From: an uncultured Clostridia bacterium
GTDB lineage: Bacteria > Bacillota > Clostridia > TANB77 > UBA1234
Length of the DNA stretch: 60,629 bases
NCBI GenBank assembly: GCA_947588905.1
Contig: CANQBB010000003.1
Coordinates: 1 to 60,629, forward strand
Direction: 5' to 3'
Shown here: one piece after another, positions 1 to 10,065 of the stretch
Layout of the letters: each line of letters starts with the position of its first letter
Numbering within the stretch: the stretch's first letter is position 1
Made by a program: the position numbers and the translations under genes
Notes under the pieces: model-generated
What the model was told of the DNA's origin: nothing
Databases searched by the model: none
Seen by the model: the letters and a program-made list of their open reading frames with translations, nothing else

Positions 1-315
1 TGGTTATTATTTATAGATTATTCACGAAAGGAGCTAATAAAAATGGCGGAGGAAAAGAATGAAATGATAAAGGAAGCCAAAGAAGAATATGAATATTTGA
101 CAGGAGAAGAAGATTTACAAAGAATAGCTTTCTTAAAAAGAAAGTTTGAACTTGATTATAATACTGGAATGGAAGATGCAGAAGAAAGAGGAATTGAAAA
201 AGGTGAAAAAGCAAATACGATAAAAATAGCAAAAAAAATGCTTGAAAAGAAAATGGACATAAACTTAATATCTGAAATAACAGGACTTTCAATAAAAGAA
301 ATTGAAAAACTATAA
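1..315 (+). CDS. Rpn-family (PD-(D/E)XK recombination-promoting nuclease / putative transposase) C-terminal part, runs off the window start
   Basis: Frame is open from base 1 (WLLFIDYSRKELIKMAEE...). The C-terminus GIEKGEKANTIKIAKKMLEKKMDINLISEITGLSIKEIEKL is the typical Rpn/YhgA tail. Confidence 0.75.
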   Translation, partial: WLLFIDYSRKELIKMAEEKNEMIKEAKEEYEYLTGEEDLQRIAFLKRKFELDYNTGMEDAEERGIEKGEKANTIKIAKKMLEKKMDINLISEITGLSIKEIEKL

Positions 316-331
316 TTATTAGATAAAAAAT

Positions 332-370
332 AAATTGGCTGTACAAAGTGACTTTTACAGCCAATTTTTT
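332..370. terminator. Intrinsic terminator between convergent genes
   Basis: Inverted repeat aaattggctgta (332-343) / tacagccaattt (356-367) followed by a T run. Confidence 0.7.
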
Positions 371-421
371 ATATTTCATATGTTCTAAATAAAACAAGAA
401 AAAATACTTTAAAAAAGTGAC

Positions 422-1855
422 TTAATTCTGATTCAATACATGAGCTAAATATACTCCAGAGCATGATGCCATCATTAAGCCTCTTGTTAATCCACCACCA
501 TCTCCGATACTATATAAATTTTTAATACTTGTTTCAAAATTATTATCTATTACAACTTGATTACTATAAAATTTTATTTCTGGAGAGTATAGTAAATTGT
601 CAGGATGGGCAAATCCAGGAATAAACTTATCAAGTGTTTTTATAAATTCTATTATATTTGTCATTGTTCTATATCCAAGAGCATATGTAATATCTCCAGC
701 AACAGCAGATTTTTGTGTTGGCACAACACTATTTGTTTCTAAGTCTTTTTCCCATGTACGTTTACCATTTAATATATCACCAAATCTTTGAACTAAAACA
801 TTTCCATTTCCAAGTTTATTAGAATTTTCAGCAACATTTCGTCCATATTCTATCGGCTGATTGAAAGGATAGTTGAAGTGGTGCGATACTAAAAGTGCTA
901 AATTTGTATTTGTACTTTTTCTATCTTTATATGAATGTCCATTTGCAAGTGTTATGTTTTTATCATAAACTTCTGTTGAAACGAATCCACTTGGATTTTG
1001 ACAAAATGTTCTAACTTTATCATGATAAGGTGCAAGTCTTGCAACAAATTTTGCTTCATACATGTATTTGTTTATGTCTGCCATGAATTTGTCTGGTAAT
1101 TCATATCTAACTCCAATATCAACAATTCCTGCACGACTATCAATTTTATGTCTTGAACACATATCAGAAAGCCAGTTTGCTCCTTTTCTTCCAACACCAA
1201 TAACAACTGATTTTCCATAGATTTCTTCAAAGTCTGAATATGTATCATCTTCAACATATTTTGCAGGTTTGGTTTTTACACCTTTAATTTCATTATTAGT
1301 TACAATTAAATCTGATACAACTGTATTAAATCTCATTTCAACACCATTATCTTCTAAAAAATGTTGTAGTTTTCCATATAATTCATGTGCTTTTTCTGTT
1401 CCTAAATGTCTAACAGGAACATCATACAAAGTTACATCGTATTTTTTTGCTTCTTCTTTTATTTTAGAAACTTCATCTTTAAATTCTATTCCTTCAACCT
1501 TAGGATCGGCACCATACTCAAGATAAATTTTGTCGGTGTAATCTATAAGTTCTTTTGTTTTTTCTATTCCAAGATATTCGTGTAAATTTCCACCAACATG
1601 AATTTCGGTATCTTCTGGATTATATAAGCTTAATTTACCATCTGAAAATGCTCCTGCTCCCGAAAATCCATTTGTTATATGACATAAAGGTTTGCATTTT
1701 ATGCATTTTCCAGTTTTTTCAATAGGACAGAAACGATCTTCTACCTTTTTTCCCTGTTCTATCATTAGTATTTTCTTTTTTGAACCAAGCTTAATTAACT
1801 CGTATGCTAAAAAGATACCACTAGGTCCAGCTCCAATTATTATTAAATCATACAT
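422..1855 (-). CDS. FAD/NAD(P)-dependent oxidoreductase (uncharacterised dehydrogenase family)
   Basis: N-terminal dinucleotide-binding motif IIIGAGPSG, GFSGAGAFSDGKL, and C-terminal YSIGDGGG; 477 aa. Confidence 0.8.
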   Translation of the reverse strand: MYDLIIIGAGPSGIFLAYELIKLGSKKKILMIEQGKKVEDRFCPIEKTGKCIKCKPLCHITNGFSGAGAFSDGKLSLYNPEDTEIHVGGNLHEYLGIEKTKELIDYTDKIYLEYGADPKVEGIEFKDEVSKIKEEAKKYDVTLYDVPVRHLGTEKAHELYGKLQHFLEDNGVEMRFNTVVSDLIVTNNEIKGVKTKPAKYVEDDTYSDFEEIYGKSVVIGVGRKGANWLSDMCSRHKIDSRAGIVDIGVRYELPDKFMADINKYMYEAKFVARLAPYHDKVRTFCQNPSGFVSTEVYDKNITLANGHSYKDRKSTNTNLALLVSHHFNYPFNQPIEYGRNVAENSNKLGNGNVLVQRFGDILNGKRTWEKDLETNSVVPTQKSAVAGDITYALGYRTMTNIIEFIKTLDKFIPGFAHPDNLLYSPEIKFYSNQVVIDNNFETSIKNLYSIGDGGGLTRGLMMASCSGVYLAHVLNQN

Positions 1856-2015
1856 AATAATACCTCCTTTACGGCGGTTATACTTAATTATAGTTTAGTT
1901 TAAGCATACCAAAAACATTATAGCTATAATGTTGAAGTAAATCAAGTTTTATATTGCAAAACTTAATAAATTAAATTAAAATTATAGTAGATAATTATAC
2001 AAAGGAAGTGATTTT

Positions 2016-2783
2016 GTGATTCAGGGATTAGAGAAAATAAAAACATTTGAAGACTATGAACTCGCTAGAAAAGATTTGGAATATTGCTTACATGAATATA
2101 AATGGATTTCTGATTCGAAAAATCCCAAAAAGGAAGTTGAAGAAGAATTAAAAGAATGTATGAAATTATTAAGAGCAAATATGGATAGAGATGAAGAACT
2201 AAATTTACTATCAAGAATTCATACTTTAAAAACAAAATATATTGCAATAGTTAGAGATGAATATAAAAATGAGCTTAGAACAAATATCATAGGATTATTT
2301 TTAACAACTGAACAATTTGAAGCTGCAAGTCAAGAAGTAAGTTTCTCTGATATTATTACTGGGCTTTTAAGAGGTAATCATGAAATTAAAAGTTATTTAA
2401 AGAAAAAATATATGTTTACTTTGTCTAATATATATGGGATTGTTCCAGCTCCTCAAAGTTTAAATATTGAGAAGATGGATGAAATATTAGATTATATAGC
2501 TAAGAATTATGAATTAGTGGACATAGATTTAAGTGATAGAAATGAAAGAAATGAAGATTTAAGTTTGATTCCAACTGAAGAACCTATTGGACTAAAAGCT
2601 GATATAATTAAAAACATAAATAATACAATTGATGAATGTATAAATTCTTTTGAAAATAAAGAAACATCAGTTAAAACTAATTCAAATGAAAAAGATGATG
2701 ATAAGAAATCACATCATGAAAAAAATAAAGGACATGCAAATGAAAAAATGCATGAAGAAGAAAAAGGGGAGATTGAAAAATGA
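2016..2783 (+). CDS. Hypothetical protein with charged, His-containing C-terminal tail
   Basis: 255-aa ORF, RBS aaggaag upstream of GTG, stop overlaps the lspA start (ATGA). No recognised motif. Confidence 0.6.
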   Translation: MIQGLEKIKTFEDYELARKDLEYCLHEYKWISDSKNPKKEVEEELKECMKLLRANMDRDEELNLLSRIHTLKTKYIAIVRDEYKNELRTNIIGLFLTTEQFEAASQEVSFSDIITGLLRGNHEIKSYLKKKYMFTLSNIYGIVPAPQSLNIEKMDEILDYIAKNYELVDIDLSDRNERNEDLSLIPTEEPIGLKADIIKNINNTIDECINSFENKETSVKTNSNEKDDDKKSHHEKNKGHANEKMHEEEKGEIEK

Positions 2784-3229
2784 TTTTAATATTACTTGTT
2801 ATTGATCAACTTGTAAAATTTTTAACTGTTCATTATAAACCAAGCATTGATGTGTTTGGAGATTTTTTAAGATTGGAATATGTTGAAAATACAGGTACGA
2901 TTTTTGGATTATTTACAGGAAATAACTTTACTTTTATAATTATTTCATTTGTTGTGTGTATTATATTAGGTATTTTCATTGGTAAATTTGTAAGCAAAAA
3001 ATCTTTTAAAGAAAAATGTTATACACTTGTTCTTGCTGGTGGAATTGGAAATTTAATAGATAGAGTGATTAGAGGTTTTGTGGTAGATTATGTTTCAATG
3101 AAGTGGGTTGGAATTTTTAATCTTTCAGATGTGTATATAATTGTAGGAGTAATATTAGTTATTATAGTAGAATGTAGGGAGTTATTTACTGATGATGATA
3201 AGAAAAAAAGAAATTACATCGACGAATGA
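2780..3229 (+). CDS. lspA: Lipoprotein signal peptidase II
   Basis: Motifs DQLVK, NTG.IFG, GGIGNLIDR, VVDY, FNLSD; directly upstream of an RluA-family gene (conserved pair). Confidence 0.92.
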   Translation: MILILLVIDQLVKFLTVHYKPSIDVFGDFLRLEYVENTGTIFGLFTGNNFTFIIISFVVCIILGIFIGKFVSKKSFKEKCYTLVLAGGIGNLIDRVIRGFVVDYVSMKWVGIFNLSDVYIIVGVILVIIVECRELFTDDDKKKRNYIDE

Positions 3230-4103
3230 TGGAGAAAGAATAGATACTTTCATTTCAAATACTTTTGATGATATTTCAAGATCACTTGCTCAAGACTTAA
3301 TAAAAAATGGTGAAATATTATTAGATGGTAAAAAGGTAAAAGTATCAACAAAAGTTCATGAAGGACAAGTTGTTGAAGTACCTGAAAATATTAAACAAGA
3401 AGTGAATGATAGTTTAATTGCAGAAGATATACCTATTGATATTTTGTATGAAGATGATGACATTTTAGTTGTTAATAAACCAAAAGATATGGTTGTACAC
3501 CCTGCTGTAGGAAATAAAACTGGAACATTAGTTAATGCTGTTTTAGGAAAAACAAAATTATCTGATTATAACGGAGAATTTAGACCTGGAATTGTACATA
3601 GACTAGACAAAAATACAACTGGTGTTTTGGTTATTGCGAAAAATAATGTTGCTCATAAAAATATTGCTGAACAAATTCAAAATAGAGCTACAAAAAAAAT
3701 TTATATAGCATTAGTTAGAGGAATAATAAAAGAAGAGAATGGTGTTATAGATTTACCTATTGGCAGACATCCTACTGATAGGAAAAAAATGGCTGTTGTA
3801 AAAGATGGCAAAAAAGCTTTAACAAACTTTAAAGTATTGAAAAGATTTGAAGAAGGATATACACTTGTGGAGGTAGAATTAAAAACTGGTAGAACACATC
3901 AAATTAGAGTGCATTTTTCATATATTGGTCACCCTGTTGTTGGAGATGATGTTTATTCAAATGGAAAAAATAATTTTGGTGTAACAAGTCAAATGTTACA
4001 TGCATATATACTTGGTTTCAATCATCCTAAAACAGGTGAATATGTGGAATTCAAAGCACCGCTTCCAAAATATTTTGAAGATATAATAAAAAACTTAAGA
4101 TAA
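3192..4103 (+). CDS. rluD: RluA-family 23S rRNA pseudouridine synthase with S4 domain (RluD-type)
   Basis: N-terminal S4 domain, VNKPKDMVVHP, catalytic VHRLDKNTTG, LKTGRTHQIRVH. Confidence 0.88.
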   Translation: MMIRKKEITSTNDGERIDTFISNTFDDISRSLAQDLIKNGEILLDGKKVKVSTKVHEGQVVEVPENIKQEVNDSLIAEDIPIDILYEDDDILVVNKPKDMVVHPAVGNKTGTLVNAVLGKTKLSDYNGEFRPGIVHRLDKNTTGVLVIAKNNVAHKNIAEQIQNRATKKIYIALVRGIIKEENGVIDLPIGRHPTDRKKMAVVKDGKKALTNFKVLKRFEEGYTLVEVELKTGRTHQIRVHFSYIGHPVVGDDVYSNGKNNFGVTSQMLHAYILGFNHPKTGEYVEFKAPLPKYFEDIIKNLR

Positions 4104-4114
4104 ATTATAAGTGG

Positions 4115-5530
4115 GTGATACTAATGAAAAAAATATTATATGTTGCTTCGGAAGTTGCTCCATATGCTAAGTCGGGTGGACTTGCAGATGTAGCAGGTTC
4201 TCTTCCAAAAGAAATATTTAAATTAGGATATGAAATGATGACTATTTTACCTCGCTATAGAGATGTAAAACAGGAACTAGAATATGTTACTGATTATCCA
4301 ATATATATGCAAGGTAGAAAAGAAAATTGTATTATTAGAAAACATACACAAATTGTTGATGGTAAAAATTTTAATACATATTTTGTTGATAATCTAAAAT
4401 ATTTTGATAGAGATGGATTATACTGTCATCCTGATGAAGCAGAGAGATTTGCATTTTTCGATAAGGCGGTAGTAGAATTTATTAGAAGAACAAATCCTGA
4501 TGTGGTTCATTTAAACGATTGGCAAACAGGTCCAATTGCACTTCTTTTAAAAGAAAAAAATAAGGATTTAAAATTGAAAGTTATTTATACAATTCATAAT
4601 ATGGAATATAATGGCCGTTTTAATAAAGGAAATATATATCATTTAGATTTAGATGATAGTTATTTTACCGCAGATGGTATCGAATTCTATGGAGATATGA
4701 GTTTCTCAAAAGCAGGTATTTTATATTCTGATTTAGTGACTACAGTTAGTAAATCTTATGCTAATGAAATTCAAACAAAGCAATTTGGTTTTGGGTATGA
4801 AGGATTACTAAGTTTTAAGGCAAAACAAGGTAAGTTAATTGGTATTACAAATGCTATTGACTATGAAGAATATAATCCTAAAACAGATAAAGAACTTTAT
4901 AAAAATTATGATGTAGATACAATAAAATTAAAAAAGGATAATAAAAAATTTTTACAAAAACAAGTAGGATTAAAACCTAAAGATGTTCCAATTTTAGCTA
5001 CAGTTTCAAGAGTTGTACAACATAAAGGCTTTGATATTTTAATAGAGGGAGTAAATAAAATTTTAAAAGAAGATGTGCAATTTATTGTACTTGGTGTTGG
5101 AGATCAACATTATATAAATAGATTAGAATATTTAAAAGAAAAATATCCAGATAAAGTTTCTGTTAATAATTTCTTTAATCATGAATTAGCAAAAAGAATA
5201 TATGCTGGAAGTGATATTTTCTTGATGCCATCTGTTTTTGAACCTTGCGGATTATCTCAACTTATTAGTTTTAGATATGGTACAATTCCTGTTGTTAGAA
5301 GCACTGGCGGTTTGAGAGATACTGTAATTGGCTATGTTTCGGATAAAGAAAATGGTAATGGATTTACATTTTGGGGAGATAGAATTGAAGATTTTGTATC
5401 TGTTACTGATATGGCATTAGAAACATATAAAAACAAAGAAGAATGGAATACTTTAGTAAAAAGAGTAATGAATTTAGACTTTTCTTGGAAAGAAACGGCA
5501 AAAGAGTATGTTAAAATATATGAACAATAA
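4115..5530 (+). CDS. glgA: Glycogen synthase (GT5)
   Basis: ADP-glucose-binding KSGGLADV, HLNDWQTG, MPSVFEPCGLSQL, TGGLRDTV. Confidence 0.93.
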   Translation: MILMKKILYVASEVAPYAKSGGLADVAGSLPKEIFKLGYEMMTILPRYRDVKQELEYVTDYPIYMQGRKENCIIRKHTQIVDGKNFNTYFVDNLKYFDRDGLYCHPDEAERFAFFDKAVVEFIRRTNPDVVHLNDWQTGPIALLLKEKNKDLKLKVIYTIHNMEYNGRFNKGNIYHLDLDDSYFTADGIEFYGDMSFSKAGILYSDLVTTVSKSYANEIQTKQFGFGYEGLLSFKAKQGKLIGITNAIDYEEYNPKTDKELYKNYDVDTIKLKKDNKKFLQKQVGLKPKDVPILATVSRVVQHKGFDILIEGVNKILKEDVQFIVLGVGDQHYINRLEYLKEKYPDKVSVNNFFNHELAKRIYAGSDIFLMPSVFEPCGLSQLISFRYGTIPVVRSTGGLRDTVIGYVSDKENGNGFTFWGDRIEDFVSVTDMALETYKNKEEWNTLVKRVMNLDFSWKETAKEYVKIYEQ

Positions 5531-5535
5531 TTGTA

Positions 5536-5562
5536 ACACATTTTAATTTCTTGCATATTATA
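5536..5562 (+). promoter_or_regulatory. Candidate sigma-K-type sporulation promoter
   Basis: AC-N16-CATA-tta-TA matches the B. subtilis sigma-K consensus, upstream of the small ORF at 5591. Confidence 0.45.
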
Positions 5563-5590
5563 AAGTAAAAAAGAAAAGGAGGTTTATAAT

Positions 5591-5695
5591 ATGGGAGACG
5601 GATGTGGTTGCAATGACAATATAAGTAATAATTGCTTATGCAATAGTAGATTTCTATTTTTTATTTTAATATTTTTGATATTATTTTCAAACTAA
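5591..5695 (+). CDS. Small Cys-rich membrane peptide (34 aa), resembling YjcZ-like sporulation peptides; absent from the ORF track
   Basis: RBS aaaggagg, then MGDGCGCNDNISNNCLCNSRFLFFILIFLILFSN*. It has its own candidate promoter and a downstream hairpin. Confidence 0.65.
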   Translation: MGDGCGCNDNISNNCLCNSRFLFFILIFLILFSN

Positions 5696-5704
5696 GCAAT
5701 TACT

Positions 5705-5760
5705 AACCTTCTTAAAATGAGTACATATACTTAATTTTGTACATTTTAAGAAGGTTTTTC
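5705..5760 (+). terminator. Long hairpin / intrinsic terminator after the small peptide gene
   Basis: aaccttcttaaaatg ... cattttaagaaggtt 15-bp inverted repeat followed by ttt. Confidence 0.6.
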
Positions 5761-5837
5761 ATATATAAACAATTTTTTTAATTTTTTATTTCCATTATTT
5801 TTCAATTGTGGTATTATATCTCTAATGGGGGTGCAAA

Positions 5838-7076
5838 ATGAAAGTTTGTGGAATTGTTGCCGAATATAATCCATTTCATAATGGACATAAATATCAAATA
5901 CAAAAATTAAAAGAAGAAATGAATGTTGATGCTATAGTTGCAGTAATGAGTGGTAATTGGATTCAAAGAGGTTTGCCAGCTTTGTTTGATAAATGGACAA
6001 GAACTAAAATGGCACTTTTAAATGGTGTAGATTTAATTATAGAATTACCAACATATTATGCTGTATCTAGTGCTGAATATTTTGCAACAGGAGCAGTAGA
6101 TATATTAAATTCTATAGGAATAGTAGATAATATATGTTTTGGAGCATCAACAGAAGATGTAGATACTTTAAAAAGAATAGCAAATGTATTATTTTTAGAA
6201 CCAGAAGGTTATAAAAAATTACTGCATTCTGATTTAAAGAGAGGAGCTTCGTTTCCAATAGCTAGAAGTAATGCACTCAAAAACTTTTTAAAAAAGGAAT
6301 ATGATGCAAAATATATTGCTGATATATTGCTTGATTCTAATAATATTTTAGGAATTGAATATTTAAAAGCATTACAATATTTGAGTAGTAAAGTTGAACC
6401 AATAGTTATAAAGAGAAAAGGAGGATCTTATAATTCATTAGAAGTTATAGATGATGTATGTAGTGCTACTGCAATTAGAGAAAAATTGCTAAAGAATGAA
6501 ACAGAAGATTTAGGCAAACTTTTGCCACAAGATTGTTATTTTATTATTGATTCAGAGATAATAAATGGAAAAGCACCAATGTTCATAAATAATTATGAAA
6601 AAGAAATATTATATAATTTTAGAAAATCTTCATCAGATGAATTATTACAACTTAATGATATTACAGAAGGACTAGAAAATACATTAAAAAAATGTTCAAA
6701 TGAATATTTTACTTTAGATGAATTTATAAATGAAGTTAAATCTAAAAGATATACAAGAACAAGAATCCAAAGAATAATGTTAAATTCTTTGTTAAATATA
6801 AGAAAGCCTGATATAGAAAGTTATAAACATAATTTACAATATATTAGAGTGCTAGGATTTACAAAAGCAGGAGAAAAACTTTTGAATAAAATATATAATA
6901 GTACAAGTTTACCTATAGTAACAAATGTTGCTAAATTTATGAAAACTGCAACTGAATCTCAAAAGAGGATGCTTGAAAAAGATATACTTGCTACCAATAT
7001 TTATACATTAGGATATCAAGTACCTAATTATAGAAAAGCAAATCTAGATTATACAACTCCTATTGTACGAGTTTAA
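5838..7076 (+). CDS. tmcAL: tRNA(Met) cytidine acetate ligase (YlbM/TmcAL, HIGH nucleotidyltransferase)
   Basis: [51 protein letters not shown]. Confidence 0.85.
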   Translation: MKVCGIVAEYNPFHNGHKYQIQKLKEEMNVDAIVAVMSGNWIQRGLPALFDKWTRTKMALLNGVDLIIELPTYYAVSSAEYFATGAVDILNSIGIVDNICFGASTEDVDTLKRIANVLFLEPEGYKKLLHSDLKRGASFPIARSNALKNFLKKEYDAKYIADILLDSNNILGIEYLKALQYLSSKVEPIVIKRKGGSYNSLEVIDDVCSATAIREKLLKNETEDLGKLLPQDCYFIIDSEIINGKAPMFINNYEKEILYNFRKSSSDELLQLNDITEGLENTLKKCSNEYFTLDEFINEVKSKRYTRTRIQRIMLNSLLNIRKPDIESYKHNLQYIRVLGFTKAGEKLLNKIYNSTSLPIVTNVAKFMKTATESQKRMLEKDILATNIYTLGYQVPNYRKANLDYTTPIVRV

Positions 7077-7095
7077 ATATAAAGGAATGATAAAA

Positions 7096-7530
7096 ATGGA
7101 AGATGTAATAATATATACTGATGGAGCTTGCTCTGGAAATCCAGGAAAAGGTGGATGGGGAGCTATTCTAATGTATGGAGATATAAAAAAAGAAATAAGT
7201 GGGGGAATGGCTAATACAACTAATAATCAAATGGAACTTACTGCTCCTATTGAAGCATTAAAACTTTTGAAAAGACCATGCAATGTGAAAATTTATAGTG
7301 ATAGTGCTTATTTAGTAAATACTTTTAAGCAAGGTTGGCTTGAAAATTGGAAGAAAAATGGATGGAAAACTGCGGATAAAAAATCTGTAAAGAATAAAGA
7401 GTTGTGGATTGAAATTGATAAATTTATGCAAATTCATAAAATTGAATGGATTAAAGTAAAAGGGCATAGTGATAATATATATAATAATCGTTGCGATGAA
7501 TTAGCTGTGAATGCAATAAAAAAATTATAA
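7096..7530 (+). CDS. rnhA: Ribonuclease HI
   Basis: [46 protein letters not shown]. Start moved to the ATG at 7096 after aaaggaatg. Confidence 0.95.
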   Translation: MEDVIIYTDGACSGNPGKGGWGAILMYGDIKKEISGGMANTTNNQMELTAPIEALKLLKRPCNVKIYSDSAYLVNTFKQGWLENWKKNGWKTADKKSVKNKELWIEIDKFMQIHKIEWIKVKGHSDNIYNNRCDELAVNAIKKL

Positions 7531-7533
7531 AGT

Positions 7534-7560
7534 TCTAGTTATAATAGTTTGTACATAAAT
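7534..7560 (+). promoter_or_regulatory. Candidate sigma-E-type promoter for spoIIM
   Basis: TCTA-N16-CATAAAT upstream of spoIIM; spoIIM is sigma-E-dependent in B. subtilis. Confidence 0.35.
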
Positions 7561-7597
7561 ATTATTATTGATAATTTGATATTTATGGGAGGCTATT

Positions 7598-8174
7598 ATG
7601 AGAGCAGATATATATAAAAAAACAAATATAAATATTTTAAAAGAAATTGGATATATAATACTTTTAGTTATATTTTTTGTTGGAATTTTAATTCGGTTCA
7701 ATTAGTTTTAAAAATGTTTCTGAAAATGATTTTAAAGAATACAGAATTAGTTTGCAAGAAAATATTGATAAGCTTAACGAAATACCCAAAGATATTACTA
7801 TTAAAAATTATTTCAAAGAAGATATTAAGATTGTTATTTTATTTTGGATAGTTGGAATGTCTGTTGTAGGTACAGTTGTACTAGTTGGATATGTTGGTTT
7901 TAAAGGATATTCTCTAGGATATACAATTTCAGCAATTCTTAAACTATTAGGAATATCTCAAGGAAATGAATATATTTTTCAAAATCTTTTTATAAATAAT
8001 GTTATTATAGTTTTTATAATGATTTTTATGGCAAGCTATTCAATAAAAATTGTCAAAAACTTTTTCGTAAATAAAGCAAATTTAAAAGTAGATATTTTTA
8101 AATATACAATTTTATCTTTTTTAATATGTTTTATATTAGTAATGATTTGTTTTATTAGTACGATAATTATATAA
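7598..8174 (+). CDS. spoIIM: Stage II sporulation protein M, split by a +1 frameshift at CGG (extra C at 7694)
   Basis: RBS gggagg and ATG at 7598. Frame 0 reads ...VGILI-R(CGG)-FN* and stops at 7705. Skipping C7694 gives VGILIGSISF..., joining the 7752..8174 ORF into a 191-aa membrane protein. Position upstream of xerD is the conserved spoIIM context. Confidence 0.75.
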
Positions 8175-8299
8175 TCAAAATAGTGTAATTTTCCGCATGA
8201 TTACAGTAAAAATGATAGATTTATTGATATGTTTTTAAAAATATAGAAAGTGCAAAAAACATATTTTTCAAAAAAAAATAAAATTTTACATAAAAAGAC

Positions 8300-8328
8300 T
8301 TGCAAAATCAAAAAATATTGTATAAAAT
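8300..8328 (+). promoter_or_regulatory. Sigma-A-type promoter upstream of xerD
   Basis: TTGCAA-N17-TAAAAT. Confidence 0.5.
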
Positions 8329-8428
8329 AAAGCTGTTTAAGAAAAAAATACAAAAGATAAATGGTGCACATAAACCTTAAGGGTAATCTCCAAATTATGT
8401 ATAAACCAAGAATAAAGGAGTATGTGGG

Positions 8429-9313
8429 ATGGATAAGAAATATGTTGAAAATTTTTTAAACTTTCTTCAAAATGATAAAAAGCTATCAGACAATACTTTA
8501 CAATCTTATAACAGGGACATTAAATTATATTGTAACTATTTAGATCAAAATAGTATGGATATGGTGAAAACTAGCGAAGATGATATAAAAACATATCTAG
8601 ATAATTTGAAAAATAATGGTAAAGCTGTTTCAACAATATCTAGAAATTTAGCTTCATTACGTTCATTCTATCAATATTTACATAGGACAAAAGTTGTGTC
8701 AGATGATCCAACTGTAAATTTAGAATCTCCAAAAATAGAGAGAAAGCCTCCAAAGGTATTAACAGCTGATCAAGTTGAACTTTTATTAGAGCAACCTAAA
8801 TGTGTTGATTTAAAAGGATATAGAGATAAAGCAATGCTTGAATTAGTTTATGCAACTGGAATTAGAGTTACAGAATTGATTTCTTTAAATTTAGATGATG
8901 TTGACTTAGAAAATAAAACAATTAGATGTGTTGGAAAAAATAAAGAAAGAGTTATTCCAGTTGGTTCTTTAGCAGTCAATGCATTGAAAGAATATATGGA
9001 AAAATCTAGAACAGTTTTGTTAAAAAATGAAAATGATCCAGCGTTGTTTGTAAATGTAAATGGACAAAGATTAACAAGGCAAGGTTTCTGGAAAATCATT
9101 AAACAATACAAAACTCAAGCAAATATTGATGTAGATATTACTCCTCATACATTAAGACATTCATTCGCTGTTCATTTGATTGAAAATGGAGCAGAATTAA
9201 GAGCAATACAAGAAATGCTTGGACATTCAGATATATCTTCTACTCAAATATATGCACAAATGGGACAAAATAGAATAAAAGATGTATATTCTAAGACTCA
9301 TCCAAGAGCTTAA
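8429..9313 (+). CDS. xerD: Site-specific tyrosine recombinase XerD
   Basis: LSDNTLQSYNRD, RDKAMLELVYATGIRVTEL, GKNKERVIP, TPHTLRHSFAVHL, LGHSDISSTQIY. Confidence 0.9.
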   Translation: MDKKYVENFLNFLQNDKKLSDNTLQSYNRDIKLYCNYLDQNSMDMVKTSEDDIKTYLDNLKNNGKAVSTISRNLASLRSFYQYLHRTKVVSDDPTVNLESPKIERKPPKVLTADQVELLLEQPKCVDLKGYRDKAMLELVYATGIRVTELISLNLDDVDLENKTIRCVGKNKERVIPVGSLAVNALKEYMEKSRTVLLKNENDPALFVNVNGQRLTRQGFWKIIKQYKTQANIDVDITPHTLRHSFAVHLIENGAELRAIQEMLGHSDISSTQIYAQMGQNRIKDVYSKTHPRA

Positions 9314-9324
9314 ATAATAAAAAT

Positions 9325-9363
9325 AAAAAGATTCATGAAATTATATTTCATGAATCTTTTTTT
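9325..9363. terminator. Bidirectional intrinsic terminator
   Basis: aaaaagattcatgaaat / atttcatgaatcttttt inverted repeat between convergent genes. Confidence 0.8.
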
Positions 9364-9380
9364 GTAATAATACAAATATG

Positions 9381-9935
9381 TTATTTTGTATTTTCATTTG
9401 TTAATAATTCTATGAATTCTGGATATAATTTTATCGCATTATTTTTCCAGTTATCAGCTATGGCTTTTGCTTGACTTTGTGAAATGCAATATATATTTAT
9501 TTCAAATAATGTTTTGTGTGACTCTGTTATTTTACATTTTGTTATATAAGCATTATCATTTTCGGGAATATATTCAGCTGTGACAGTTATTTCATTTTTA
9601 ATATCTTTCAAAGAATGTTGCACAATCGTATCAAGTTTATATTTTATGATACCTGGTAAAACATTTTCGGTTAATTCAAGAATATTTTTTCCTTCTTCTG
9701 TAATTCTATATAACCATTCTTCATCTTGTTTATAATTTAAAATATATTTTTGTTCAACTAAATCAGATAATAAATGTTGAAACAAATAATAGTTAAATCC
9801 CTCAAAATCATATAATAATTTTAATAATTGAGAATTTGATAAAGAATAATTAAATTTATTTATTAAGTATAATATGATTAGTTTACTTTCTGCTAATTTT
9901 TCTTTATTTTCAAAAATAGAATCAGTTTCTTTCAT
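9381..9935 (-). CDS. DUF4364-family protein (winged-helix-like)
   Basis: LAESKLIILYLI...NYYLFQHLLSDL...YRITEEG pattern recalled for clostridial DUF4364. The ATG at 9935 is the likely start (track starts at 9953). Confidence 0.7.
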   Translation of the reverse strand: MKETDSIFENKEKLAESKLIILYLINKFNYSLSNSQLLKLLYDFEGFNYYLFQHLLSDLVEQKYILNYKQDEEWLYRITEEGKNILELTENVLPGIIKYKLDTIVQHSLKDIKNEITVTAEYIPENDNAYITKCKITESHKTLFEINIYCISQSQAKAIADNWKNNAIKLYPEFIELLTNENTK

Positions 9936-10065
9936 TACTTTTCGACCTTTCAATTTTCATACTCTTATGCTTGTATTATATCATAGAAAAAATAAAATTC
10001 AACCGATATAATAATACGAAAAAATGTTTGCATTATTTTTATAATTATTATATAATTAGTGCGAG

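Noticed and set aside
8429-9313. Prophage or ICE integrase
   Set aside because: Chromosomal XerD length and motifs in the conserved spoIIM-xerD context, with no mobile-element genes nearby.
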